A DNA stretch of 64,000 nucleotides from an uncultured Gammaproteobacteria bacterium (GTDB lineage Bacteria; Pseudomonadota; Gammaproteobacteria; Xanthomonadales; Rhodanobacteraceae): positions 18,144 through 82,143 of the forward strand of contig CAWFCC010000016.1 of the NCBI GenBank assembly GCA_963814225.1, read 5' to 3'. How positions within the stretch are numbered: the first letter of the stretch is position 1; each line of letters opens with the position of its first letter. Below the pieces are notes generated by a model. It was not told where the DNA came from. It saw only the letters and a list, made by a program, of their open reading frames with translations, and ran no database searches. The translations under genes were made by a program, and so were the position numbers. Below are positions 1-9,272 of this stretch, one piece after another.

Positions 1-970
1 CGGCGCCATCGACCTGCGAATGCGCGGCGAGTACCTGCTCGGTCAGCGTCGAACCGGAACGCGGCAAACTGACAACGAAAATCACTTCGCGTCCGAGTTG
101 TTGATCGGGCGCACCGGCGGGCGGCGGCATGAACGCGTCGAGCACTTCATCTACGTGGGCCGTGTACGCGGCGGCGTCCCACCCGCGCTGCGCGCGAACG
201 CGTGCATTGGCGGTTTCCAGTTCAGCGAGCGACTCGGCGTACAGACCGCGATCTTCGAGCGCGCGCGCGAGCGCGAAGCCCATCGTCGAAAGATCGTCGA
301 CGCTGCCCGGAAGCGTCATCGCCGCGCGCAATTGCGCGATGTCGTCGTCGCTGAGTTTGCGGTTTTTGATCTCGGCCAGACCCCACCACGCGGCTCCCGC
401 GTTTTTGTTCATCGCGATCACGGCGCGGTATTCGGCGACCGCGTCGTCGATGCGGTTTTCGGCGCGATAGATTTCGCCGAGCACCACGCGCGCGTTGATC
501 GCGAATTCCGGTGTTTTCGACACTGCGCGTTTCAGTGCAGGAACAGCTTCGGCGGGACGCATGCTGCGTGCATAGGCGAGGCCGAGGTTGTACCAGGCCG
601 ATGCGTAATCCGGCTCGACGTTGGTTGCGCGTCGCAGGACGTCGATCGCTTCGTCGTAACGCGCACCTTCGAGCAGCGCGGAACCGAGCGAATTGAGATA
701 CGTTGCATCGGTCGGACGACGTGCGACGGCGCGTTCCATGATCGTGCTCGCGCCGATGAAATCGCCGCGCAGAAACAGTAATCCGGCTTGCAGGCGCAGC
801 ACTTCGGGATGATCGGGATAGACGGCGAGCAGACCGGTCAGCCGTTGTTCGAGCACGGTGGCCTGGCCGAGCGAAAGGGCTTGCTCTGCATCGGACAGTC
901 GCCGCAGGGCGCTCGCGGATAGACCGTCGTAGCGCGTGTCGCGCGAAGTTGATGTGCCGACGGCGGCCAT
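1..970 (-). CDS. TPR-containing sulfotransferase (runs off the window edge)
   Basis: Not in the ORF track. Minus strand from ATG at 970 reads MAAVGTSTSRDTRYDGLSASALRRL...YPDHPEVLRL...AWYNLGLA...VIFVVSLPRSGSTLTEQVLAAHSQVDG; colinear paralog of 1008..2633 with the PAPS-binding PRSGST motif. Confidence 0.88.
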   Translation of the reverse strand, partial: MAAVGTSTSRDTRYDGLSASALRRLSDAEQALSLGQATVLEQRLTGLLAVYPDHPEVLRLQAGLLFLRGDFIGASTIMERAVARRPTDATYLNSLGSALLEGARYDEAIDVLRRATNVEPDYASAWYNLGLAYARSMRPAEAVPALKRAVSKTPEFAINARVVLGEIYRAENRIDDAVAEYRAVIAMNKNAGAAWWGLAEIKNRKLSDDDIAQLRAAMTLPGSVDDLSTMGFALARALEDRGLYAESLAELETANARVRAQRGWDAAAYTAHVDEVLDAFMPPPAGAPDQQLGREVIFVVSLPRSGSTLTEQVLAAHSQVDGA

Positions 971-1007
971 GCCTTGCGTCACGGTCGAATGAAACCTGTG
1001 AGCGCGC

Positions 1008-2633
1008 TCATGCCGCGGAAAACGGCGGCAACCCGAGCGCGGCGCGCAGCGGGTCGAGCAGTGCGCCGTAGCGTTGCGCGCGTGCGGTGTCCTTGCGTAG
1101 CGGCTCGCGCACCTGCGTGGCGCTCGGCGTGTGGACTTTGCGCTCGGTTTTGTGGAATTCGAGACACTGCTCTTCGAACGGCAGGTCGCAGAACGCGAGC
1201 AGTTGCCGGATCGTGCTTTCCGGATCGGCGACGAATTCTTCGTATACATTTTCGTGCACAAATTTGGGATGCAACGCGCGCCAGTGTTTTACGGCGCGAT
1301 CGAAGTCGTGCCAGGCGGCGCCGAGGTCGGCGAAGGTGCGCGTGTATTCGCTGTTCGAAAAACGCTGGCGATAGCACGAAAGGCAGGTTTCCAGCGGATC
1401 GCGTCGCACGATGACGATATGCGCGCCGGGCAGCATCGCGCGGATCGCGCCGATGTATTGCCAGTTGCTCGGCATCTTGTCGGTGAAGCGCGGACGTGTG
1501 CCGCGCCACTTCTTCGTGCGTTCGAGATAGCGGTGTCCGAGCCGCGCCCAGTCGGCTGGCGTGAGTTCGCGCACGAAATGCGGGAACGACATGTTCAGGC
1601 GCTTGCACTCTTCCATCAGCACAGCGGGAATGTCAGCGACTTCGCCGCCGCCGTCGACTTGCGAATGCGAGGCGAGCACTTGTTCGGTCAATGTCGAGCC
1701 GGAGCGCGGCATGCTCGGGATGAAAATTGCTTCGTGACCCAATGTTGGATCGACGGCTCCGGCCGGTGGCGGCGTGAACGCCTCGAGGATGTTGTCGATG
1801 TGATCGGAATGCGCGCGCGCATCCCAGCGTTTGCGCGCACGTATGCGCGCGTTGGCGTGTTCGATCGCGGCGAGCGATTCGGCGTATTGCTTGCGATCGT
1901 CGAGCGCGCGCGCGAGCGTGAAGCCCATCGCGGCCATGTCGTCTTCGCTGGCGCCGGGTGTCTGCAATGCTTCGCGAAGCTGGACGAGATCGTCGTCGCT
2001 GAAGCGCTGTGTTTTGATTTCGGACAGACCCCACCACGCCGTGCCCGAGTTCTTCTTCAGGGCGAGCGCTTCGCGGTATTCGGCTTTCGCTTCGTCGAGG
2101 CGATCTTCTGCGCGGAACATGTCGCCGACGATCACGCGCGCGTCGATGGAAAGCTCCGGCGCCTGCGACACGGCGCGCAGCAAGGCGGCCTTGGCCTCGT
2201 CGACGTGCATGCAGCGCACGTGAGCGAGACCGAGGTTGTACCAGGCGGTGGTGTAGTCAGGATCATATTCGCACGCGCGCTTGAGCGCGGCGATGGCGTC
2301 GTCGTAGCGCCCCGCATCCACCAGCGCAGAGCCGTACGAACTCCAGTAGGCGGCATCGTTCGGCCGTTTCGCGATGGCGCGTTCCATCGTGGCGATTGCG
2401 CCGTGCGCATCGCCGCGCATGGACAGCAGCGCGGCGAACATGCGCAGCACTTCCGGGTGATCGGGATAAACCTCGAGCAATCCGGCGAGCCGCTGTTCGG
2501 CGTCTGCCGCCTGTCCCATGGATAACGCGTGCGCCGCATGACCCAGGCGGCGCACGGCACTGGAGGACAAGCCGTCGAGGCGCGGATCGCGACCGCCCGC
2601 AGCGGCTGCCGGAAGTGCGGCCGCGTCAAGCAT
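1008..2633 (-). CDS. TPR-containing sulfotransferase
   Basis: N-terminal TPRs (AWYNLGLA); IFIPSMPRSGSTL 5'-PSB loop, FTDKMP, RDPLETCLSCY, TPSATQVREPL. Confidence 0.92.
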   Translation of the reverse strand: MLDAAALPAAAAGGRDPRLDGLSSSAVRRLGHAAHALSMGQAADAEQRLAGLLEVYPDHPEVLRMFAALLSMRGDAHGAIATMERAIAKRPNDAAYWSSYGSALVDAGRYDDAIAALKRACEYDPDYTTAWYNLGLAHVRCMHVDEAKAALLRAVSQAPELSIDARVIVGDMFRAEDRLDEAKAEYREALALKKNSGTAWWGLSEIKTQRFSDDDLVQLREALQTPGASEDDMAAMGFTLARALDDRKQYAESLAAIEHANARIRARKRWDARAHSDHIDNILEAFTPPPAGAVDPTLGHEAIFIPSMPRSGSTLTEQVLASHSQVDGGGEVADIPAVLMEECKRLNMSFPHFVRELTPADWARLGHRYLERTKKWRGTRPRFTDKMPSNWQYIGAIRAMLPGAHIVIVRRDPLETCLSCYRQRFSNSEYTRTFADLGAAWHDFDRAVKHWRALHPKFVHENVYEEFVADPESTIRQLLAFCDLPFEEQCLEFHKTERKVHTPSATQVREPLRKDTARAQRYGALLDPLRAALGLPPFSAA

Positions 2634-4488
2634 CGTAGCCCCAGTGTTTCATCATTGGTTCGAGGATCGGCAAAACCGGTTCGAAGTAGCGATGGTAACG
2701 CCGCCAGCGGCCGACCGCTTTTTTGTTCGGCGGCTCGATGACCTGGGAATAGCTCGGCGTGGAGATGAAACCTTTGTCGCGCGCGTGCTGGTCGAAGCGC
2801 GACATGGGCGATGCGTCGTCGAGCTGCAGGAAATCGGCGATGCGGCGGATGTTGCCGGGGAAATCGTCGAGAAGATCTTCATAGCGCGAATGGATCACGT
2901 GCGGCTTCAAGACCTTGTCGTGATAAACCCATGCGTTCATCGCGTTGACGTATCCCTGCGCGAGACGCTCGAGGCTGGAGCACAGCACCGCGAAGGAGTT
3001 CGAGGTGAAGTGCTGCATGTAGTTGGACAGAATCGAATCGCACGGATGGCGCAGCGCCATGATGATCGGCGCGTTCGGGAACAGGCGATTGATGAGCGGC
3101 AGGCGCAGCATCTGCAGCGGGTTCTTGTCGACCAGGCGCTGGCCTTCTTTGCGCGGCGCGACCTGTTTCGTCGCGGCCCAATAATTCTGGCGCAGCGCCT
3201 CGCATTGCTGTTCGGTCAGCTTGTGCAGATCCTTCGGATATTCGCAGCCGAAATCGCTCAGCATATCGAGGAGATTGCTCAGGAACGCGCGCTCGTCCAT
3301 CGACTGCAACTGCGGGTGCGCATCGAGCATCTGTTCGAGCATGGTGGTGCCCGATCGCGGAAAGCCGACCACGAAGATCGGCGACTCGAGCATCGACGGC
3401 GCCGGATATTCCGGCCACTTCGCACGCAATTCGTCGTCGACGAGCTGCATGCCGAGATAAAGCGGTGGCGCATCGGGCGCGAGAAGTTCGGGTACGGCCT
3501 GGCGGGCGAGCGTGAGCTGGCGTTCGTGCGAAAGTGCGAGCGCCTGCATGGCGGCGTCGATGTTGCCTTCCTTGTCGTACATTTTCGCCATCGACGAATA
3601 CATGTCACCGGAACGCCACGGCGTGAGTTTCGCGGCGGGCGAGGCTTCGAAGATGTCGATCAGCCGCTGCAGTAGTTCGCGTGCGCGCGTCGGGTCTTTT
3701 TCGCGCAGCGCGAAAGTCGCGTTGGCGCTGATGACGTCGTACTGCAGTTTCGGATCGGTGACCGTCTCCGGCGGCGGCAGCTTTTCGAGAAGCGCGCGCG
3801 CTTCATCGAGGCGATTGATGCGCTCGTACAGAAACACGAGATTCGCCATTGCGCGCAGGTTGCCGGGGCTTCTTTGCAGCAGCGATTCGAGGATCTGCCC
3901 GCCGGCATCGGGCGTCCCGGCGGACGTCATCAGGCCGGCGAGGTCGACGGTGAGTTCATCGCTCAAATCGTGCCAGGTCGGCCACGGGGCGATCAGTTTT
4001 TCGGCGAGATCGCGCCTGTCGAGGGCGACACAGGTTTGCGCACTGTATATACGCGCTTCGCGCGACGTGGGATCGAGCCGGTGTGCGGTCAGCAGAGCGT
4101 CGCGGGCTTCGGGAAACTTGCCGCTTTCGAGAAGCAGATAGCCGAGGTTTAGCAGTGCGCCGAAGAATTTCCAGTCAAGTTCAATGGCGCGGCGATACGC
4201 TTCTTCGGCCTCGCGCAATTCCCCTGCATCGCGCAGGGCGGTGCCGAGATTGCTCCAGTAGATGGGCGAGTTCGGCGCGATGCGCGTCAGTTCGCGGCAG
4301 ACGTCCGCCGCTTCGGCGGGGCGGTCGAGCTGCAGCAGGCTGATGCTCAGAAGAATCAAACCGTCTTCGTTGCCGGCATTGGCCGCGACGAATTCCCGCG
4401 CGAGGCGTTCGGCGTCGTCGAGGTGGCCCGATTGCAGCGCGTCGACGATCGATTGGGTCGTTTGGATGGCGGAGGCGGTGGCGGACAC
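2626..4488 (-). CDS. TPR-containing sulfotransferase
   Basis: TPRs (YWSNLGTAL); IFVVGFPRSGTTM, LVDKNP, RHPCDSILSNY, TPSYSQV; 8-bp overlap with the next gene. Confidence 0.92.
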   Translation of the reverse strand: MSATASAIQTTQSIVDALQSGHLDDAERLAREFVAANAGNEDGLILLSISLLQLDRPAEAADVCRELTRIAPNSPIYWSNLGTALRDAGELREAEEAYRRAIELDWKFFGALLNLGYLLLESGKFPEARDALLTAHRLDPTSREARIYSAQTCVALDRRDLAEKLIAPWPTWHDLSDELTVDLAGLMTSAGTPDAGGQILESLLQRSPGNLRAMANLVFLYERINRLDEARALLEKLPPPETVTDPKLQYDVISANATFALREKDPTRARELLQRLIDIFEASPAAKLTPWRSGDMYSSMAKMYDKEGNIDAAMQALALSHERQLTLARQAVPELLAPDAPPLYLGMQLVDDELRAKWPEYPAPSMLESPIFVVGFPRSGTTMLEQMLDAHPQLQSMDERAFLSNLLDMLSDFGCEYPKDLHKLTEQQCEALRQNYWAATKQVAPRKEGQRLVDKNPLQMLRLPLINRLFPNAPIIMALRHPCDSILSNYMQHFTSNSFAVLCSSLERLAQGYVNAMNAWVYHDKVLKPHVIHSRYEDLLDDFPGNIRRIADFLQLDDASPMSRFDQHARDKGFISTPSYSQVIEPPNKKAVGRWRRYHRYFEPVLPILEPMMKHWGYDA

Positions 4489-4596
4489 GGACGGAAAAAC
4501 GCTCGCGGAGCCACGATTTTAGCATAGCGAGCCGACGCGGCTGCCGTTCACCGATTCCGACGGTCCAGTATGGGCCAATAGCACTTTCTGCCGGGC

Positions 4597-4629
4597 AAAA
4601 AAAATCGCGCGGGGGTTGCCCGCGCGATT
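4597..4629 (-). terminator. Rho-independent terminator after the TonB-dependent receptor
   Basis: Minus strand: stem AATCGCGCGGG / CCCGCGCGATT with a 5-nt loop, followed by a T run. Confidence 0.85.
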
Positions 4630-4652
4630 GAGTTCAACAATGAAGCTTGTTC

Positions 4653-7546
4653 TTAGAACTTGACCGTCACGCTGGCGTGGTAGTAGCGACCCAGAAGGTC
4701 ATACGTGTTCACGTCAGTGTTGGCGTTGAGCACGTTGTTCTGGTACAGCAGCGGCGGCTGTTTGTCGAAGATGTTGTCGACACCCAGGCTCACGAACGTG
4801 TTGATCGGCTCGATATTGTAGCCAACCGACGCATTGTGATACGTAACCGCGCCGTAATGCAGGACCGGACCGATCGGGTTCGGGAAGTATCGGATCGGTG
4901 CTCGACTCTACCCCGGACGGGCCTAAACCGGCAGTTGCGTAGCCCAACGTGATGCGGCCGATGTAGCGCGTGGTCCAGTTAGCCACCCAAGGACCCATGT
5001 TCCAGTCCAACGTGGCCAGTCCACGGACGCGGGCGAAGTTGCCGAACGTCTTGTCGAAGTGGCCGGCGAGGTGCTGCGTGAAGCCCGGCTCTGCGACGTT
5101 GTACTTCTGGATATAAGAGCCATCCACACCGACGCGGAAGTTGCCCCAATCGGTGGTCGGCAGACGGTAATGTGCACCGACGTCCAGACCTTGATCGACG
5201 AGGTTACCCGCGTTGAAGGGGCTTTCCACCACGAACTTGATCGAGCCGTCGCTGGCGCGAATGATGTTCGAGCAGATCGGGCCCTGCGTGTTGAAGCAGT
5301 CGGTCAGAATGGTCTGGGCCGTACCGGCGCCCGACACGATCAGGTTGTTGAGCAGGATGCGATAGTAATCGGCGTTGACCGACAGGCCCGGGATCCATTC
5401 CGGATCGTAGACGAAGCCGTAGTCGAACGACTTGCCGAACTCCGGTCCGAGGACCGCGCTGCTGAGGCCGTTCGCATTGGCAAAGCCCGCACCCATCACG
5501 TAGCCGGTCAGCTGCGAGAAGATTTGCGGCGGAACGTTGAAGCCTTTGCAGGCCGCGTTGCTGGAAACGCCCGCACGGCCGGCGCACGGATCGGTGGCGG
5601 TAGGCGCATCGCCCGCTGGACCTGCGAACAGGTTGGTCGGGGTCGGCGCGCGGAACACCTTCGAAACGGTCGCACGCAACAGCAGGTCTTCGATCGGACG
5701 GTATTCGACCGCGACCTTCCAGTTGCTGGTGCTGCCGAAGTTGGAGTACTTCGAATAACGGTCGCCGATGTCCACGTTCAGGGAGTGCACGAACGGCACG
5801 TCTTTCAGGATCGGCACCAGCAATTCGGCGTACGCTTCCTTCACGTTATAACCGCCCTGCGCCGCCGACGAACAGATCGAGTTCGGACCGGGGCAGGTAA
5901 TCTGCGGCACGCCGTTGGCGTCGAGGCTGTAGGTGTTGACCACCAACGGATCGACATCACCGTGCAGGTATTCCTTACGGTAGTCACCGCCCACGGCAAG
6001 CATCACGTCGCCAGCCGGCAGGCTGAACAGGGAACCGTTTGCCGAAGCGTCCCATTCCTTCATCTGGTACAGCGTGTTGGCATACGGATTGATCTTCGCC
6101 GCCTGCAGCAGAGCTTTCGTGTTCGGATCGCTCTGGTTGAAGATGTCGAGCGGTGTGCAGTTGCCGGCGTTCGCGTTGGCGGTCGTGCAGGTCAGTTCCG
6201 GCACGAGCTGGCTGAAGTTGAGGTAGTTCAGGTTCTGCGTTTCCAGCGTCAGCTTGCCGTAGCTGTAATGCGCATCCCAGTTCCAGCTGGTGTCGCCGAA
6301 TGGTGCCCTTGAGGCCCGCGTTGGCGAGTTCGGTGGTGTTGGCAATCTTCAGACCGCGATTGCCGATCGAACTCAAGCGCAGCGCGATCGTGCTCGACGC
6401 GCCGTTATTGCCGAACGCAACGCCGAACGGGTTGTAGAACTGATCGGCCGGAATGACCACATTGTTGCTGGCCAAATCGAACGGATACGGAGCGAGCTGC
6501 TGATGGGCGACCATCTTGTGATACAGCAGTTCCGCGTAGGCTTCGACGCTGTCGGTCAGCTTGTAGTTGCCGAGCGCGAACACGCCGGTGCGCTCGTTCG
6601 GGATCAGGTCGTAGTTGCCGACGGCCTGGAAGTTGAACTCGTCGTTTGCCGAGTTGTAAGCAGCGGAAGTCCGCGGCGGTCGGCGGCGTGGTCAGGCTCG
6701 GCAGCTTGTTGCCCGACAGGGTGACCGACGTGCAGCCGAGCTGCGTGGCGATCGGCGAGCCTTCGGAAGGAAGTAGCGGCCACCCGGCGTGCGCGATGAA
6801 CCGGCATGCGTATTGACGCCCGTGTTGTAGATGTATTGCGCGGCGCTTCGACAATTTGCGGTTGGCGGCCGAGACCGGATCCTGCTTGTCGTACTGCACG
6901 CCGAACACGATGTTGCCCTTGTCGGTGGACTGACCGAACAACGACGTGGATCGCGCTTTGCGTTCGCCGTCGTCCTTGATCGGACTGATGCCGTAGTCGG
7001 CGCCGAATTCGGCACCCTGATAATTCGTGCGCGTGATGATGTTGACCACGCCGGCGATCGCGTCGGAACCGTACACGGCCGAGGCGCCGTCGTTCAGCAC
7101 TTCGATACGTTCGACCGCCGACACCGGCAGCAGGTTCAAGTCCTGCAGCTGGAACGGAATGCGATGGCCGTTGATGAGCAGCAACGTGCGGTTGGAACCC
7201 AGGCCGCGCAGCGAAACGCCGGCCGTGCCCGCGCCGCCGTTGTTGACCTGCGGGTTCATCGCGGCACCCGCCATGGACGGCAGTTCCTGCACGAGGTCGC
7301 CGAGGTTGACCTTGCCCGACGCCTGGATCTGCGCACGGTCGATCGTGACAACGGGGCTTGCCGTTTCGATGTCGACACGGCGGATGTTGGAACCGGTCAC
7401 CACGATGGTTTCGAGGGACTGGCCTTTGGTGTTCGGACTGGTCTGGCATCTTGCGCGTACGCAGTGACGGAGCCGGCCGAAGCGACTGCGCCTAGCGACA
7501 ATGCCAGACGAACCGCCGACGATAGCTTATTCACGTCGAGTCTCAT
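4653..7546 (-). CDS. TonB-dependent receptor (several frameshifts, likely sequencing errors)
   Basis: Signal peptide MRLDVNKLSSAVRLALSLGAVA; TonB box ETIVVTGSNIRR; plug LRGLGSNRTLLLING...VERIEVLNDGASAVYGSDAIAGVVNIITR; C-terminus LGVDNIFDKQPP...YDLLGRYYHASVTVKF* with terminal Phe. Confidence 0.92.
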
Positions 7547-7819
7547 TCACACTCTCCAACGTCAGGGTTGTTTAAACAGATTCGGGACGAGTTCCTTCCT
7601 GGAACCGCCAAAACGGCTAACCATCGAGTCACAAATGGCACACCAAAAGTTTCGGCAGCGGACGATACTAGCAACATTTGCTTAACATGGGAATCCCTAG
7701 CGTCTTGAAAGTACCAAGAGATTGAATTTGTTAAGGCTTTTGCCTCAGGAAAGAGGCGTGCGGGAAGGGCAGATTAGAGGGTATTACGACGTCATTCGTG
7801 TTCTGCCAACACGAAAGGA

Positions 7820-8921
7820 TCACAAGTCCTGGTGATATTGGACGTATGGAACGCGCGATTGGGTCATGTCCGGCTCGCGCGACGGACGGCTCGATCATCG
7901 ACGGGAGATTGCCCGAAGACCACAGATTTTGCGCCCCGATGCTGAAAACGCCGCGCCACGGCGCACGCCAGGAAATACCGAGATCCAGGCTGCTCCAGTG
8001 CTGCCCGCTGTTGAGCAGGTCAGCCGGTCCGAGCACGTGGCCGATGACCACGCCGCTGAAAGGTCCGCTGCGAACACCGACACTGAGCGCGGCCTGATTG
8101 AGATTCGGCAACGCGACATTGCCCGGCACTTCGAGCTGGATGCGTCCGAAAGCGGCGTTCAAGTCCAGCGACTGGTCGTCATCGAAATGCCAGCGGCCGC
8201 CCGCGTTCAAGCTGGAGCTTTGCACGCTGCCGAGCTCGACGCCGGGAATGACAAGCGTCGGAACATTGCTGCCGGCCGTGCCGCTGAACAGATCCCAGAA
8301 CGTCGACTGCGCGCCGCCGCCGAAACGCTGCTGTTCGCCCGCGTGCAACCACGACAAGCCGTAACTCAGATCGACATCGAAATTGCCGGCCGTCATGCCC
8401 GTTCCCACGTGCACGGCGCCTGTCGTGGCGCGGCTGGAAGCGGCCAGACAACGGCTGTCGAGCCCGAACGAGAACGACGGATTGCACTCGAGCGAGTTCG
8501 CGCCGGAATACGTCGGCGTCAGCACGATGCCCTGATCGAAATTCGCATACGCGCCGACGTTGTCGCGCAAATGCAGGCCGATGCCGGAGCTGACGAAATC
8601 GGTGACATCGATGAATTTCAGGTCTGCCGCCGGATCGATGCGCGGTGCCGGCGACAGCGCCGCTCCCGCACCGTTGGTGCCCATCGCGACGATCGCCAGG
8701 ATGCGGCCGTCGGGCGTGCTCCACAGCGGCATCACACCTTGCGGCTGGTTCGGTGCCGGATTGCCGATCATCGCCGGCGAATAGAACAGCTGGTCGAACA
8801 GGCGCGGCGATTTATCCGCCTGCAACAGCGTCACGTTCGGCGTCTGCGCGCGCGCAAACGGCTGCACCAGCATCAAGCCGGTCGACAGCAGCAGCGACAG
8901 TAGGGCAGTGGTCGAACGCAT
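7820..8921 (-). CDS. Conserved exported hypothetical protein, probable outer-membrane beta-barrel (frameshift near 7880)
   Basis: Signal peptide ending FARA; amphipathic beta strands (DVDLSYGLSW, LDLGISWRAPW, FSIGAQNLW); alternate frame ends SRVPYVQYHQDL* at 7820. Confidence 0.6.
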
Positions 8922-9272
8922 GGCAGACGGTCTTCGTTTGTCCTTAAGACTACGTGATGGAACGGTGAGTTCCTTGATCCGACTCGCAAAAAATATTGGC
9001 AGACGGAGTTCAGCCTGAATATACCAAACTTATGAAAAACTAACAATCGTTTTCGACGCGGCGTGATCTCTGCATAAGGATTTGTTTTCAGATTGCGATT
9101 CAGGTTCGCATTCCCGGTTATTTCGTCCGCGTCGGTATTCTTCAAAAATCGTTACACTAGCGCGCGTAAACAAGGGGTCGTATGCGTTCGGTTTTTTCTC
9201 CAGAGGTTGCCGGACAGGTTGCGGATCAAAGGCTTAGTCAACGCGTTTGGCGGCCACGCTAACCGCGTCCCC

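Noticed and set aside
4489-4652. Sulfated-peptide precursor ORF (RaxX-like) near the sulfotransferases
   Set aside because: Gap is short and holds a terminator; no convincing small ORF with an RBS
7547-9272. c-di-GMP or cobalamin riboswitch in the long intergenic regions
   Set aside because: No recognisable consensus by eye; a covariance-model search would be needed
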